From NCBI GenBank assembly GCA_041178425.1, contig JBEGVH010000016.1:128001-192000 (forward strand): a stretch of DNA of 64,000 nt, given 5' to 3'. The notes below the pieces were generated by a model. That model saw only the letters and a program-made list of their open reading frames with translations. It ran no database searches and had not been told where the DNA came from. Below are positions 18,696 through 27,718 of this stretch, piece by piece (position 1 is the first letter of the stretch; each line of letters opens with the position of its first letter). Made by a program: the position numbers and the translations under genes. Source of the DNA: Pseudomonadota bacterium. GTDB taxonomy: Bacteria > Bdellovibrionota > Bdellovibrionia > Bdellovibrionales > Bdellovibrionaceae.

Positions 18696-19460
18696 ATGAA
18701 AAAATGGAACTACGATAACGAGCAATGGACGAAATTACCTACCTACCTCAAGCATCTTCCGCTTTTTACGCGGCACTTTGATCTCTTTAGTTTCTTAATG
18801 CGATGTATTTGGGGCTTTATTTTAAAGGGCCTTTTTTTCCGGTTTTATATCCGCCTCAAGATCGTTGGCGACTATAAAGAGATTTATCGCAATCACCCTA
18901 GACTTCTCGTGATATCCAATCACGCCAGCCACTTAGATGCAGTGTCCATCGCTGCGACGATTCCCTTCACTTACTGGAAGGATCTCTTTATCGCCGCCGC
19001 CAAGGACTACTTTTTCTCTAATGCCTTCATTACTTTTTTCTCGCAGCATTGCCTAGGCGCTATTCCCATCGATCGCAAAGATAAAAAAGGCGAAGCTGTT
19101 AAACTTTGTCTTACCCTCCTCACTCAGCTCGATCGTATATGGCTCATTTTGTTTCCAGAGGGAACCCGCTCGAAAGATGGAAAGATCCACGAATTTAAAC
19201 GGGGTGTTTCTATTTTTGCCGAGAAGTCTAAAACTCCCATTCTTTTTCTGTTCATAGAAGGCAACGCCAACCTTTGGCCAAAGGGAAACATTTTTGCAAA
19301 GCCCGGAAAACTGATTGTTCATATTGGCCCTGTCCACTCTCCGGCGCCAATAGAAGCTATTTATAAAAACTATAAAAAATGGGTAGAGACCATCGACCCA
19401 GAGGCTTTTGCTCCGGATATCCATATTGGCAAAGAAGATATTGTAAAAAACTTTGTTTAA
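18696..19460 (+). CDS. Lysophospholipid acyltransferase (PlsC family)
   Basis: NHASHLD (HX4D) and FPEGTRS motifs. Confidence 0.95.
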   Translation: MKKWNYDNEQWTKLPTYLKHLPLFTRHFDLFSFLMRCIWGFILKGLFFRFYIRLKIVGDYKEIYRNHPRLLVISNHASHLDAVSIAATIPFTYWKDLFIAAAKDYFFSNAFITFFSQHCLGAIPIDRKDKKGEAVKLCLTLLTQLDRIWLILFPEGTRSKDGKIHEFKRGVSIFAEKSKTPILFLFIEGNANLWPKGNIFAKPGKLIVHIGPVHSPAPIEAIYKNYKKWVETIDPEAFAPDIHIGKEDIVKNFV

Positions 19461-19529
19461 CACAGAGTTTATTTAACAAAGTGCACTTGCCCTTTACATC
19501 GACTGTTCTACCGTGGTTTAGATCAAAGA

Positions 19530-20423
19530 ATGGAAATTCATAAAAAATCACTCACAATTGGTTCTTATCAAATTCACCCTATTGCCACAGGAATTTTTGG
19601 CCTTGATGGTGGTGCAATGTTCGGAACAGTTCCAAAGGTGCTTTGGGAAAAGCAAATTCCTGCCGATCAACAAAATCGAATTCCAATGGAAGCAAGAGCT
19701 CTTTTACTCAAAGGGAATCAACGCAACATACTTATCGACTGCGGTAATGGCGGCTATTTCGTAGAAAAATATGGTGAAAAACTGGGGCAAAAGTTTGCTC
19801 AGATGTACAATGTCGATGCTTCTGGACCTAATCTGATCAATCAGCTTCAAAGGGTGGGGCTCACTCCCGATGACATCACCGATGTTATTTTGACCCACCT
19901 GCATTTTGATCACTGTGGAGGGGGAACGATTTGGAAAGATGGAAAAATCACTCCTCAGTTCTCTAAAGCGACATATTATGTTCAAGAGGCTAATCTCCAA
20001 ACGGCAAGACACCCAAATATCCGGGAAAAAGCGAGCTATTTGCCGGCCAACTTTGAACCCCTAGTAGAACAAGGCGTCTTGAAAGTTCTTCATGGCCCTC
20101 AAATTGAACTTCTGCCTGGAGTTTCTGTAGAACTTTCTAACGGGCACACGGTGGGTCAACAATGGGTGCGGGTCACTGATGGGCAGAACACGCTCGCTTA
20201 CTGTGGAGATGTTATTCCCACAAGCGCGCATGTGAAAAGCGCTTGGGTAATGGGATATGACCTCAATCCTCTCTTAATCATCGAAGAGAAAACAGCCCTC
20301 CTCAATCGGGCGGCTGAAGAGGGATGGGTATTGTTTTTCGAACATGACCCAAAGATTGATGCCTGTAAAGTAATCAAACAAGGCCATGATTTTGCTGTTT
20401 CTGATCCAATATTGCTAACATAG
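19530..20423 (+). CDS. MBL-fold metallo-hydrolase (YtnP-like)
   Basis: LDGGAMFG.VPK.LW, THLHFDHCGG, GHT.G, MGYD, FEHDP. Confidence 0.93.
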   Translation: MEIHKKSLTIGSYQIHPIATGIFGLDGGAMFGTVPKVLWEKQIPADQQNRIPMEARALLLKGNQRNILIDCGNGGYFVEKYGEKLGQKFAQMYNVDASGPNLINQLQRVGLTPDDITDVILTHLHFDHCGGGTIWKDGKITPQFSKATYYVQEANLQTARHPNIREKASYLPANFEPLVEQGVLKVLHGPQIELLPGVSVELSNGHTVGQQWVRVTDGQNTLAYCGDVIPTSAHVKSAWVMGYDLNPLLIIEEKTALLNRAAEEGWVLFFEHDPKIDACKVIKQGHDFAVSDPILLT

Positions 20424-20481
20424 AGCTTGAAAACCGAGCCCCCAATGCTCTATATTCGGGGCTCAAAATTTTTATCCATAG

Positions 20482-20558
20482 GGTCGCGTAGCTCAGCTGG
20501 ATAGAGCAACTGCCTTCTAAGCAGTAGGTCGGAGGTTCGAGTCCTCCCGCGATCACCA
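20482..20558 (+). tRNA. tRNA-Arg (TCT)
   Basis: GGTCGCG/CGCGATC acceptor stem, ACTGC-CT-TCT-AA-GCAGT anticodon arm, GGTTCGAGTCC, encoded CCA. Confidence 0.98.
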
Positions 20559-20648
20559 TCGTTATTCAGGCCTCTAAATCGAAAAATCACTTGTTCCTTT
20601 TAAAAAATCTGGCCACGATGAGTGTGTTTATCTGCTGAAAGGTTTCCG

Positions 20649-21743
20649 ATGAAAATTTGTGTTACCGCCATTCTCCTTTTTATTTCAGAGTTTCTACTAG
20701 CCGACAAACTTCTGGCGGAGCCAATCAAGATCCCACCGCTCTCTTCAAAGACTTTTGGCGTTAAATACGAGAATCTAGAAATCAAATCGAAAGAACGCCT
20801 CTTGGTGCTAGCACCCCATCCCGATGATGAAACTCTCGGTGCCGCTGGTCTTATTCAAAGAGTACTCAAAAAAAATGGAACGGTTCGCACAGTGGTACTC
20901 ACCGCCGGTGATGGTTTTCCCGAATCAGCCACTATTGAAAGTGGTAAAGCTAAACCTGAAGCGGGAGATTATCTTAAACTTGGTGCTGAACGCTTGAAGG
21001 AAGCTCAAGCTGCTGCTCAACTAATTGGTCATGGAAAAGTTCAAGTAGATTTTTTTGGATTTCCCGATGCCGGTCTCTACTCAACGCTCGTACCCCACTG
21101 GGAGCCGACAAACCCTTTTCGCTCTCCTATGACCGAAAAAAATCACGTCCCGTACGATGCAGCCCTTCTTTTTAAGGCCCCTCAGAGTGGAAAAATTGTC
21201 TTTGACCAATTAGTTAAAATATTAAATGAAATGAATCCCACGATAATTACTTTTCCTGATATAATGGAAACTCACGCCGACCACTCAAGCACAGGAATTT
21301 ATGCACAATTAGCAATTAACGAGTGGCTCAATAATAATTCAAAGACTCAATCTAAATTAAAAACAAAAGAGTCTAGACCTCTTCTATTAGCTTACCTTAT
21401 TCACTGGGGCCCTGATTGGCCTGCAGAAGGTTTCGCCTCAAACCCTATTGATCTCAAGGGTCAAGCCTTTTACCTTCCTAAGGATCTTCCCTTGCGTGCC
21501 CAAGGACGGACCTGCCTTAAGCTAGAAATGAACGAGACCGGATTAAAGGACCTAGCCATCGATCAATACAAAACTCAGTGTCGAGCTATGGGCACATTTC
21601 TAAAAGCATTTATTAGAAAAACAGAATGCTTCAGCATCATTGAGCCAAATAGTAATTTAAGTCTCAAAGAGGAAATTCAAAAATGGAGAACCAATCAAAC
21701 TCCCTTTAACGATAAAGATGCTTTTTCAAGGCAGCATCTTTAG
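20649..21743 (+). CDS. PIG-L/LmbE family deacetylase, probably exported
   Basis: APHPDDE and HADH motifs, Y.TQ; N-terminal hydrophobic signal. Start moved to ATG 20649. Confidence 0.9.
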   Translation: MKICVTAILLFISEFLLADKLLAEPIKIPPLSSKTFGVKYENLEIKSKERLLVLAPHPDDETLGAAGLIQRVLKKNGTVRTVVLTAGDGFPESATIESGKAKPEAGDYLKLGAERLKEAQAAAQLIGHGKVQVDFFGFPDAGLYSTLVPHWEPTNPFRSPMTEKNHVPYDAALLFKAPQSGKIVFDQLVKILNEMNPTIITFPDIMETHADHSSTGIYAQLAINEWLNNNSKTQSKLKTKESRPLLLAYLIHWGPDWPAEGFASNPIDLKGQAFYLPKDLPLRAQGRTCLKLEMNETGLKDLAIDQYKTQCRAMGTFLKAFIRKTECFSIIEPNSNLSLKEEIQKWRTNQTPFNDKDAFSRQHL

Positions 21744-21767
21744 GAAATATAACGAACCTTGAGTTGG

Positions 21768-23549
21768 TTATTTCTCAAAAAATACGTAGGCAGCAAGATC
21801 TAAACCACCTTCATCTTCTGATATCAATGTGAACTCGAGGCCAACTAGGGCTCCCGCAGGAACATCGATATCTAAAGAAACATAAGATGATCCGTTTTGT
21901 TGGGAACCAAATACTTTATTGAAAGTGGACGGTCCCATATTTGAATCAGTAATATCAAAGCACCAAGGCGCACGTAATTCGGAACCTCCTTGCTGCACGA
22001 CCTTGAGGCATCCCTTGAACCTCTGTAAACCTTTTACTTGTGCGCTCGACAAAAACAAATTAACTCCACGAATCTTGGTCGCTTTGTCCATGACTTGCCA
22101 ACTATTTGAGTTTTGCAAGGGCTTACCAGGTGGTACTGCGATAGGATTAGGGCCACAACCTGGTTTATCGCAACCAGCCCCTATCGTTACGGGATTATTC
22201 CCACCAGGCACTTTATAGGCCGTGTCCCAACGAGGAAATCGAACTCTTCGCAAGCCAACATTACCCAAGCCTTCTCGGGCGATGGTTATCTTAGCTCCAG
22301 CGTAAAGGCCAACACCTCCCGCGCCCCACTGTGGAGTTCCCTGAAAAATAAGTCGCTCACCTGGCTTCAGTAAAATTCCTGATTGAGCAGCGAATTTAAT
22401 AGATGGTGACACTTGTTCTTCGGAATAAACGCAGGCGATTTCACCATCGTCACTATCATCGAACTGATAAATCGCTCCCCTATTCAAATAGAAGCAAGAG
22501 TCTTTACTAAAGGTATTTCCCATAAAGCTTGAAATCGGATTTAATGAGGAAACCACTATTGGAAAACTGAATTTATTAACCACTGCATCGGCATAGGTAA
22601 TGTCATGAGCAAAAGCCGCACCTCCTACAATCATTGATCCAATAATTGCCGGGCGTTCATAACCATCAATTGTCGGTGACTTAGCCATCCCTGTCTCAAC
22701 AAACTTGGTTTTTGCGCAACTTACGATTCCAGATTCTGAACTATTCAACTCTAAAACATCGAAACCTGTGGAATAACCTTTCGATATACAAAAACGGTGT
22801 ACTGCGTGCTGGCAGCCTTTTCCTTGGATAATCGATTCTCGACTACAACTCTTATCATTACTTGGGGCAATCAATTCGGCAATACTCGAAAAGGATACTA
22901 GATCATAGATCTCCGGGCCCTTCAAACAGAGAGTCGTAATCCCTTCGTTACTAAAATCAATCACTCCTGTTGAAGTAGAGAACCCCCTCGCAATACAGAG
23001 GCGTCTGGTGATAGACTGACACCAAATTGATCTAGGATTCGAGGCGTTGCAATCACCGTTATATCCAAATCGCATGTAGCTTCCCGCAGAGTTCGGAACA
23101 CAATTGATTCTGGCTACAGATTTTTCCCACTCAGAGGGCCCAATACCGCCTAAATATCCTTTCGCTTGGCAATACTGAAAAGCAGACTTTCTGCATTCGA
23201 GAGACATTGGATCCCAAATATCACATCCGTATTGTCCGTATAATCCGCGAAGATCTTGAAGAACATGAACATCCATCGAATCGATGGTTCCACCAATACT
23301 CGAAGGCCTCAAACAAGAATTCGCCGTTCTTGTTCCTGATGAAGTACCACTCCCTGGGTTTGTCCCACCTGTTTGACTTTGCTCAACGGTGCAGGGGGTA
23401 GGCATTGAAACTGGATTAATAATATCTTCTGCGGATCTCACGGAGGAAGCTAAGTTTTTAGGATCATCAATTTTGAATTCACTTGGTTGACAACCAAAGA
23501 ACCAAGAAGAAAGGCATACGATGATCAACATTTCATTTTGAGATTTCAC
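21768..23549 (-). CDS. Hypothetical lipoprotein with three Cys-rich tandem repeats
   Basis: Lipobox-like FFGC, Gly/Ser/Thr linker, three repeats with four Cys each, beta-rich C-terminus. Confidence 0.85.
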   Translation of the reverse strand: MKSQNEMLIIVCLSSWFFGCQPSEFKIDDPKNLASSVRSAEDIINPVSMPTPCTVEQSQTGGTNPGSGTSSGTRTANSCLRPSSIGGTIDSMDVHVLQDLRGLYGQYGCDIWDPMSLECRKSAFQYCQAKGYLGGIGPSEWEKSVARINCVPNSAGSYMRFGYNGDCNASNPRSIWCQSITRRLCIARGFSTSTGVIDFSNEGITTLCLKGPEIYDLVSFSSIAELIAPSNDKSCSRESIIQGKGCQHAVHRFCISKGYSTGFDVLELNSSESGIVSCAKTKFVETGMAKSPTIDGYERPAIIGSMIVGGAAFAHDITYADAVVNKFSFPIVVSSLNPISSFMGNTFSKDSCFYLNRGAIYQFDDSDDGEIACVYSEEQVSPSIKFAAQSGILLKPGERLIFQGTPQWGAGGVGLYAGAKITIAREGLGNVGLRRVRFPRWDTAYKVPGGNNPVTIGAGCDKPGCGPNPIAVPPGKPLQNSNSWQVMDKATKIRGVNLFLSSAQVKGLQRFKGCLKVVQQGGSELRAPWCFDITDSNMGPSTFNKVFGSQQNGSSYVSLDIDVPAGALVGLEFTLISEDEGGLDLAAYVFFEK

Positions 23550-23573
23550 TGAGCCCCCTCTAACGAAATCAAT

Positions 23574-23589
23574 TGCAATTCATAGTCCG
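23574..23589 (-). promoter_or_regulatory. Putative sigma54 promoter
   Basis: Minus strand reads CGGACT-ATGAA-TTGCA, 25 nt upstream of the lipoprotein start. Confidence 0.55.
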
Positions 23590-23888
23590 GAGTTTAAGTT
23601 TATATAATTGCATTTGGGCTCAAAAGTCTCAGCAGTAGACAGATATTTTGTAGATAAAGAAAACAACTGAAAAAATAAACCTCAAACAACCTATCTGATT
23701 GAAAACACTTGCTTTTTATACTTATTGAAAACTAATAAAACGAAACTGTTCAAGCCTTCTACATAACAATTTATTTTACCTAAACCAAAACACTCTTACT
23801 TGAATAATCTTCATTGCCCCTTGTGACAGGGATTCCTCACGACTATGTTGAAGTTCGGACTTTGGCCCCTTATCCGGAGAAAGCAACT

Positions 23889-24329
23889 ATGAGTTTAAAT
23901 TTTAAGATTTCTGCCATTTTGGGATTACTTTTAACAACTCCTCTCGCCTCGGCATCTCTCTTAAATCACTCCGAAGTTAAATGCGGACCCGTTGTTTCAT
24001 TTCAGCGAGCAGACCTTAAGGAGGTTGGCCCCATTCACTTGAGGCTAGTCTATAGAGAAATTCGAAATCCATACACTCGTTTTCGAAAGGTCAGAGCTAA
24101 TCAAACCATTGCTTTTGAGACTTTTCCAAATGGCCAAAGAGTCTCAGGATTTCTTGATTTTTACCAATTTGATGCTGATCGCTTACCTATTATTTTTCTT
24201 GATGGAGAATATTTAGTAATTCGCCATAAGTATGGCACTCACATGGTTCCAATTGATAGTCTCTATACTTTCCCTTCGCCAACTTTTGAGGCGACCCGTT
24301 TCTATAACAGTGAAAATGCCTGCAAATAG
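23889..24329 (+). CDS. Hypothetical secreted protein
   Basis: SD GGAG before ATG 23889; signal peptide (ASA). Confidence 0.75.
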   Translation: MSLNFKISAILGLLLTTPLASASLLNHSEVKCGPVVSFQRADLKEVGPIHLRLVYREIRNPYTRFRKVRANQTIAFETFPNGQRVSGFLDFYQFDADRLPIIFLDGEYLVIRHKYGTHMVPIDSLYTFPSPTFEATRFYNSENACK

Positions 24330-24456
24330 GTCTTAATCTGGATCTTATTACTCTGCGTTCTCTGAACGCAGCCCATCGTGAGTTGCCCCTACAACCTTTT
24401 TAAAATATCACACCCTCTATCGATTGGTTTTTACAATATTGATGTCGGAAGGCTTT

Positions 24457-24921
24457 ATGTACCAACTTGCTCGTCTATTATTAATAACTTTGGTTTTTCT
24501 CTCAACAGTTGCCTCCGAAGCCGCTTCGAGATCTTTTCACAGTATTCGATCTCTAATGGGCATTCCCATCTATAGACTGAGCTGCTCGAATACCGTAGAC
24601 GATGTTCATACTCATGTTTTTGCTACGGTTAATGAGAATATAATTCGCGAGTTTAAAATTGTTTCGGCGGCCCCTTACGAACCAGCTCAAGAGCTTAGTT
24701 TTGAAGGAGCAGAACTTGCCGACTTTTTAGTTCATCCCTCTTATAGTAATATAACAATCAATGGATCGATAAACACCTCTTACTCCTATCAAACCGTCTC
24801 GCTCGAGGTTAGCGATGGCAACCGCGGACTCGTCGGCTATCTCGAGTTTAATGATGGCGATGGCTTTGAAATGTCTGTTGAAATGAATTGTCGCGCAGTG
24901 AATAACCTGAGGTATTGGTAA
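24457..24921 (+). CDS. Hypothetical secreted beta-rich protein
   Basis: ATG 24457, signal peptide, one Cys near each end of the mature domain. Confidence 0.75.
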   Translation: MYQLARLLLITLVFLSTVASEAASRSFHSIRSLMGIPIYRLSCSNTVDDVHTHVFATVNENIIREFKIVSAAPYEPAQELSFEGAELADFLVHPSYSNITINGSINTSYSYQTVSLEVSDGNRGLVGYLEFNDGDGFEMSVEMNCRAVNNLRYW

Positions 24922-25194
24922 AGTAACCACAAACAGGCCTGCAAACTTTTTGAAGAATGCGGTGACAATTCTTGACCTAGAGGCCAGGAAAAGGCCAACT
25001 AATTATGTTTACAAAATAACTTCTATTTATTTTTCAAATTACCTATTTTTTTACCTAGCTCATTCTAAGCATTTAGCAACATTTTTCGATCTTCCAATAA
25101 AATTCAAAAAACCCTTTTTCTGGGAATAGTTTTTGAATGTAAACCTGTGAATTTTTGCGACCAAAGTTTTTACAGGTACCAGGAGATAAAGAAA

Positions 25195-27687
25195 ATGAGT
25201 GTTTTATTGAACCTTAGTTTTTTGACAAAGAGACTTCCGTTGATTGTCTTAACGACAGTCTGGTCGCTCACTTCATTGGCCTACCAGGTGAGCATTAAAA
25301 ACACTTCGAAATCGGTAACCGCCAGTCAATTCGCACCTAAAGATGAAAATGTCCATCTTTACGAATTGGTGATCGATTATATTCCATCAAAGGATGACAG
25401 TCGACCCATTGGTCTCTACTTAAAAAATGAACCTGAAAATGGGCCACGATTTCCAGGACCCACTCTTTATTTCGAAGAAGGTGAAACGGCAGTTGTTCGT
25501 GTTTTCAATCGACTCCCCGAAGAAACTTCGATTCACTGGCATGGAATTATTCTCCCAAACAATCAAGATGGGGTTCCGCATATAACGACAAAACCTATTG
25601 CCCCATTTAACCCTAAAAATCCTAATAAGTACTTCGAATACAAATTTAAGATCGTTCAAAATGGAACCTACTGGTACCATTCCCACTCTGCCTACCAAGA
25701 GCAACGTGGTCTTTTTGGTCCCATTGTTATTTTTCCAGCCGAAGAAAATCATTCTGGTGGTCACCAACATGAACATTTCGATTATGATGAAGTTCTCGAT
25801 TTTTCTGACTACGTAAAACGAGATCCCGAGGATGTTCTCACCGTTTTAAAAACCGACAACGAACGGGAAGTTCGTCAAAAGGGTACTGAACGCTCTCTGT
25901 TCGAGGATATCAAAACTAAGAATCTCTTAAAGAGACTTAAATGCGAAACCAATGGAATGGGGCCAATGGATATTGCCGATGTAGCTATTGACGCTATTCA
26001 CGCCAACGGCCTTAAGCGAAGTGCGATTCGCACAGCGCCAAATATGAGTGAGAAAGTAAAGCTACGACTCATTAACTCATCGGCCTCGTCGCTGGTACAA
26101 GTTGTATACGGAAATAAAAGAAAAATGAAGATCATCGCTTCAGATGGACTCGATGTGACTCCCTACGAAACTGATTACATTATTATGGCGGTTGGGGAGA
26201 CTTACGACGTAATCGTTGACTCAGATCCCACTAAAAAAGTTGAGCTCAGAGCCGCTGTTTTTGAATTAAAGCCCAATGTTTACTCGTCGACTTTTATAGG
26301 ACCAGAGAATGGAGTAAAAGAAAACGCGCCCTCTTTTGCCAACCTCAATCCCTGCGATCACCATGCGGCCAATCTTGTTTATAATAATATTCGTTCGACA
26401 AATACCGCTCACAATCGCTGGAAATGGAAAGAAAATTCACCAGTGAAAAAGTTTAATCTAACATTGACTGGAGATATGCGGGCCAATCGTTATGTTTGGT
26501 CAATGAACAATGGTAAAGTCTTTGCCGACACTGAACCGTTGATGATTCGCAAAGGTGACCGAGTCAAAGTACATCTCGTGAACAATACCATGATGTTTCA
26601 CCCCATCCATCTTCATGGACATTTTTTTGCTATCACGAAGGTAGGTAACTCTGGAGGCCATGGTGGCCATGGCGGACATGGTGGTGGTGAAGATCACTCA
26701 GGTCACAAAGGACACTCCATGCTTATGAGTGGTGATCATTCTGACCATGGTAACCATGGTGATCATGGCGGCGGTCATGATGGACATCCGCCAGAGCACG
26801 ATGCAGCACCAGTTCTTTGGAAACACACGATGATCATGGCTCCTCATTCCGAACAAGACATCGAATTTTATGCGAGTGAAGATCGTAATTGGTTATTTCA
26901 CTGTCATAATATGTACCATATGGCGACAGGTATGAGCGTGATGTTTTCATACTTCTCTGATGCGCAACAACCCGGCCAGCCTCCTTCGCACCCACCAGGC
27001 CACGATCACCATAACCATACAATGAGTGCTCCAAAATCTAAAAATAGCAATTCGGATGCTCGCGATATTGAAGCTGCAAAAAAGCTGGTCAGAGGACACG
27101 ATGAGATGAGTGGAAAAGAAGGTGGATATCTGAATTATGATATCAACGTGCTGTCTAACCAGACCGAAGGTGAAATTCCTGTAAACATTAATGACAAACT
27201 TCAAGCCACGCTCATTGGAAAGTATGCCTATGGTAACACCGAAGCAGATGAAGATAACCACACTCGAGCGAGATTAGATTTATCTTATTACCCCTTCCAG
27301 GATTCCTACACGGGACTTTATGCTGGCGTCGAAGATTCGACGGGAGCAAAGGGTACCTTCGGCGCTGCCGGAATTAAAACACGTCTTTTTTCTCTTGAAA
27401 CACAACTCGGCTGGGGCTCAAAAGGAATTGATGCTTGTGTGGCTCGAGATGTGCCCCTGGTAGGTCATGTCTACTTTTACGGGCGATATTGCCGTCAAGG
27501 AAATACAAACTACTACGATGCTCGTGTTGGATATCACCTTATTCAAAATGAGGGAGACCACAAAATTAATATTGACCCAACCTGCGGTGTGAATGAAGAC
27601 GGTCCAATGTGTGGTATTAATATCCATGGTGGTACAAAGATAAAAACACCTGATTTATTCAAAAATATCAAACCTATCGATAGATAG
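25195..27687 (+). CDS. Multicopper oxidase (CopA-like) with His-rich inserts and C-terminal extension
   Basis: All four Cu motifs present: IHWHG, WYHSH, HPIHLHGH, HCHNMYHM. SD AGGAG before ATG 25195. Confidence 0.95.
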   Translation: MSVLLNLSFLTKRLPLIVLTTVWSLTSLAYQVSIKNTSKSVTASQFAPKDENVHLYELVIDYIPSKDDSRPIGLYLKNEPENGPRFPGPTLYFEEGETAVVRVFNRLPEETSIHWHGIILPNNQDGVPHITTKPIAPFNPKNPNKYFEYKFKIVQNGTYWYHSHSAYQEQRGLFGPIVIFPAEENHSGGHQHEHFDYDEVLDFSDYVKRDPEDVLTVLKTDNEREVRQKGTERSLFEDIKTKNLLKRLKCETNGMGPMDIADVAIDAIHANGLKRSAIRTAPNMSEKVKLRLINSSASSLVQVVYGNKRKMKIIASDGLDVTPYETDYIIMAVGETYDVIVDSDPTKKVELRAAVFELKPNVYSSTFIGPENGVKENAPSFANLNPCDHHAANLVYNNIRSTNTAHNRWKWKENSPVKKFNLTLTGDMRANRYVWSMNNGKVFADTEPLMIRKGDRVKVHLVNNTMMFHPIHLHGHFFAITKVGNSGGHGGHGGHGGGEDHSGHKGHSMLMSGDHSDHGNHGDHGGGHDGHPPEHDAAPVLWKHTMIMAPHSEQDIEFYASEDRNWLFHCHNMYHMATGMSVMFSYFSDAQQPGQPPSHPPGHDHHNHTMSAPKSKNSNSDARDIEAAKKLVRGHDEMSGKEGGYLNYDINVLSNQTEGEIPVNINDKLQATLIGKYAYGNTEADEDNHTRARLDLSYYPFQDSYTGLYAGVEDSTGAKGTFGAAGIKTRLFSLETQLGWGSKGIDACVARDVPLVGHVYFYGRYCRQGNTNYYDARVGYHLIQNEGDHKINIDPTCGVNEDGPMCGINIHGGTKIKTPDLFKNIKPIDR

Positions 27688-27718
27688 GTTTGGGGCTTAG
27701 CTTGGCCTTAATAGGTAT

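Noticed and set aside
20374..20559. 61-aa minus-strand ORF
   Set aside because: Antisense reading of tRNA-Arg.
25122..25137. sigma54-like GGGAAT-N5-TTGAA before the multicopper oxidase (also CGGCCT-N5-ATGAA at 7220-7235)
   Set aside because: The -12 box is too degenerate to support a call; no CueR/CsoR-type operator was recognised either.
26650..26800. GGCCAT/GGTCAT-like DNA repeats as a repeat element
   Set aside because: Explained by Gly/His codons of the oxidase insert.
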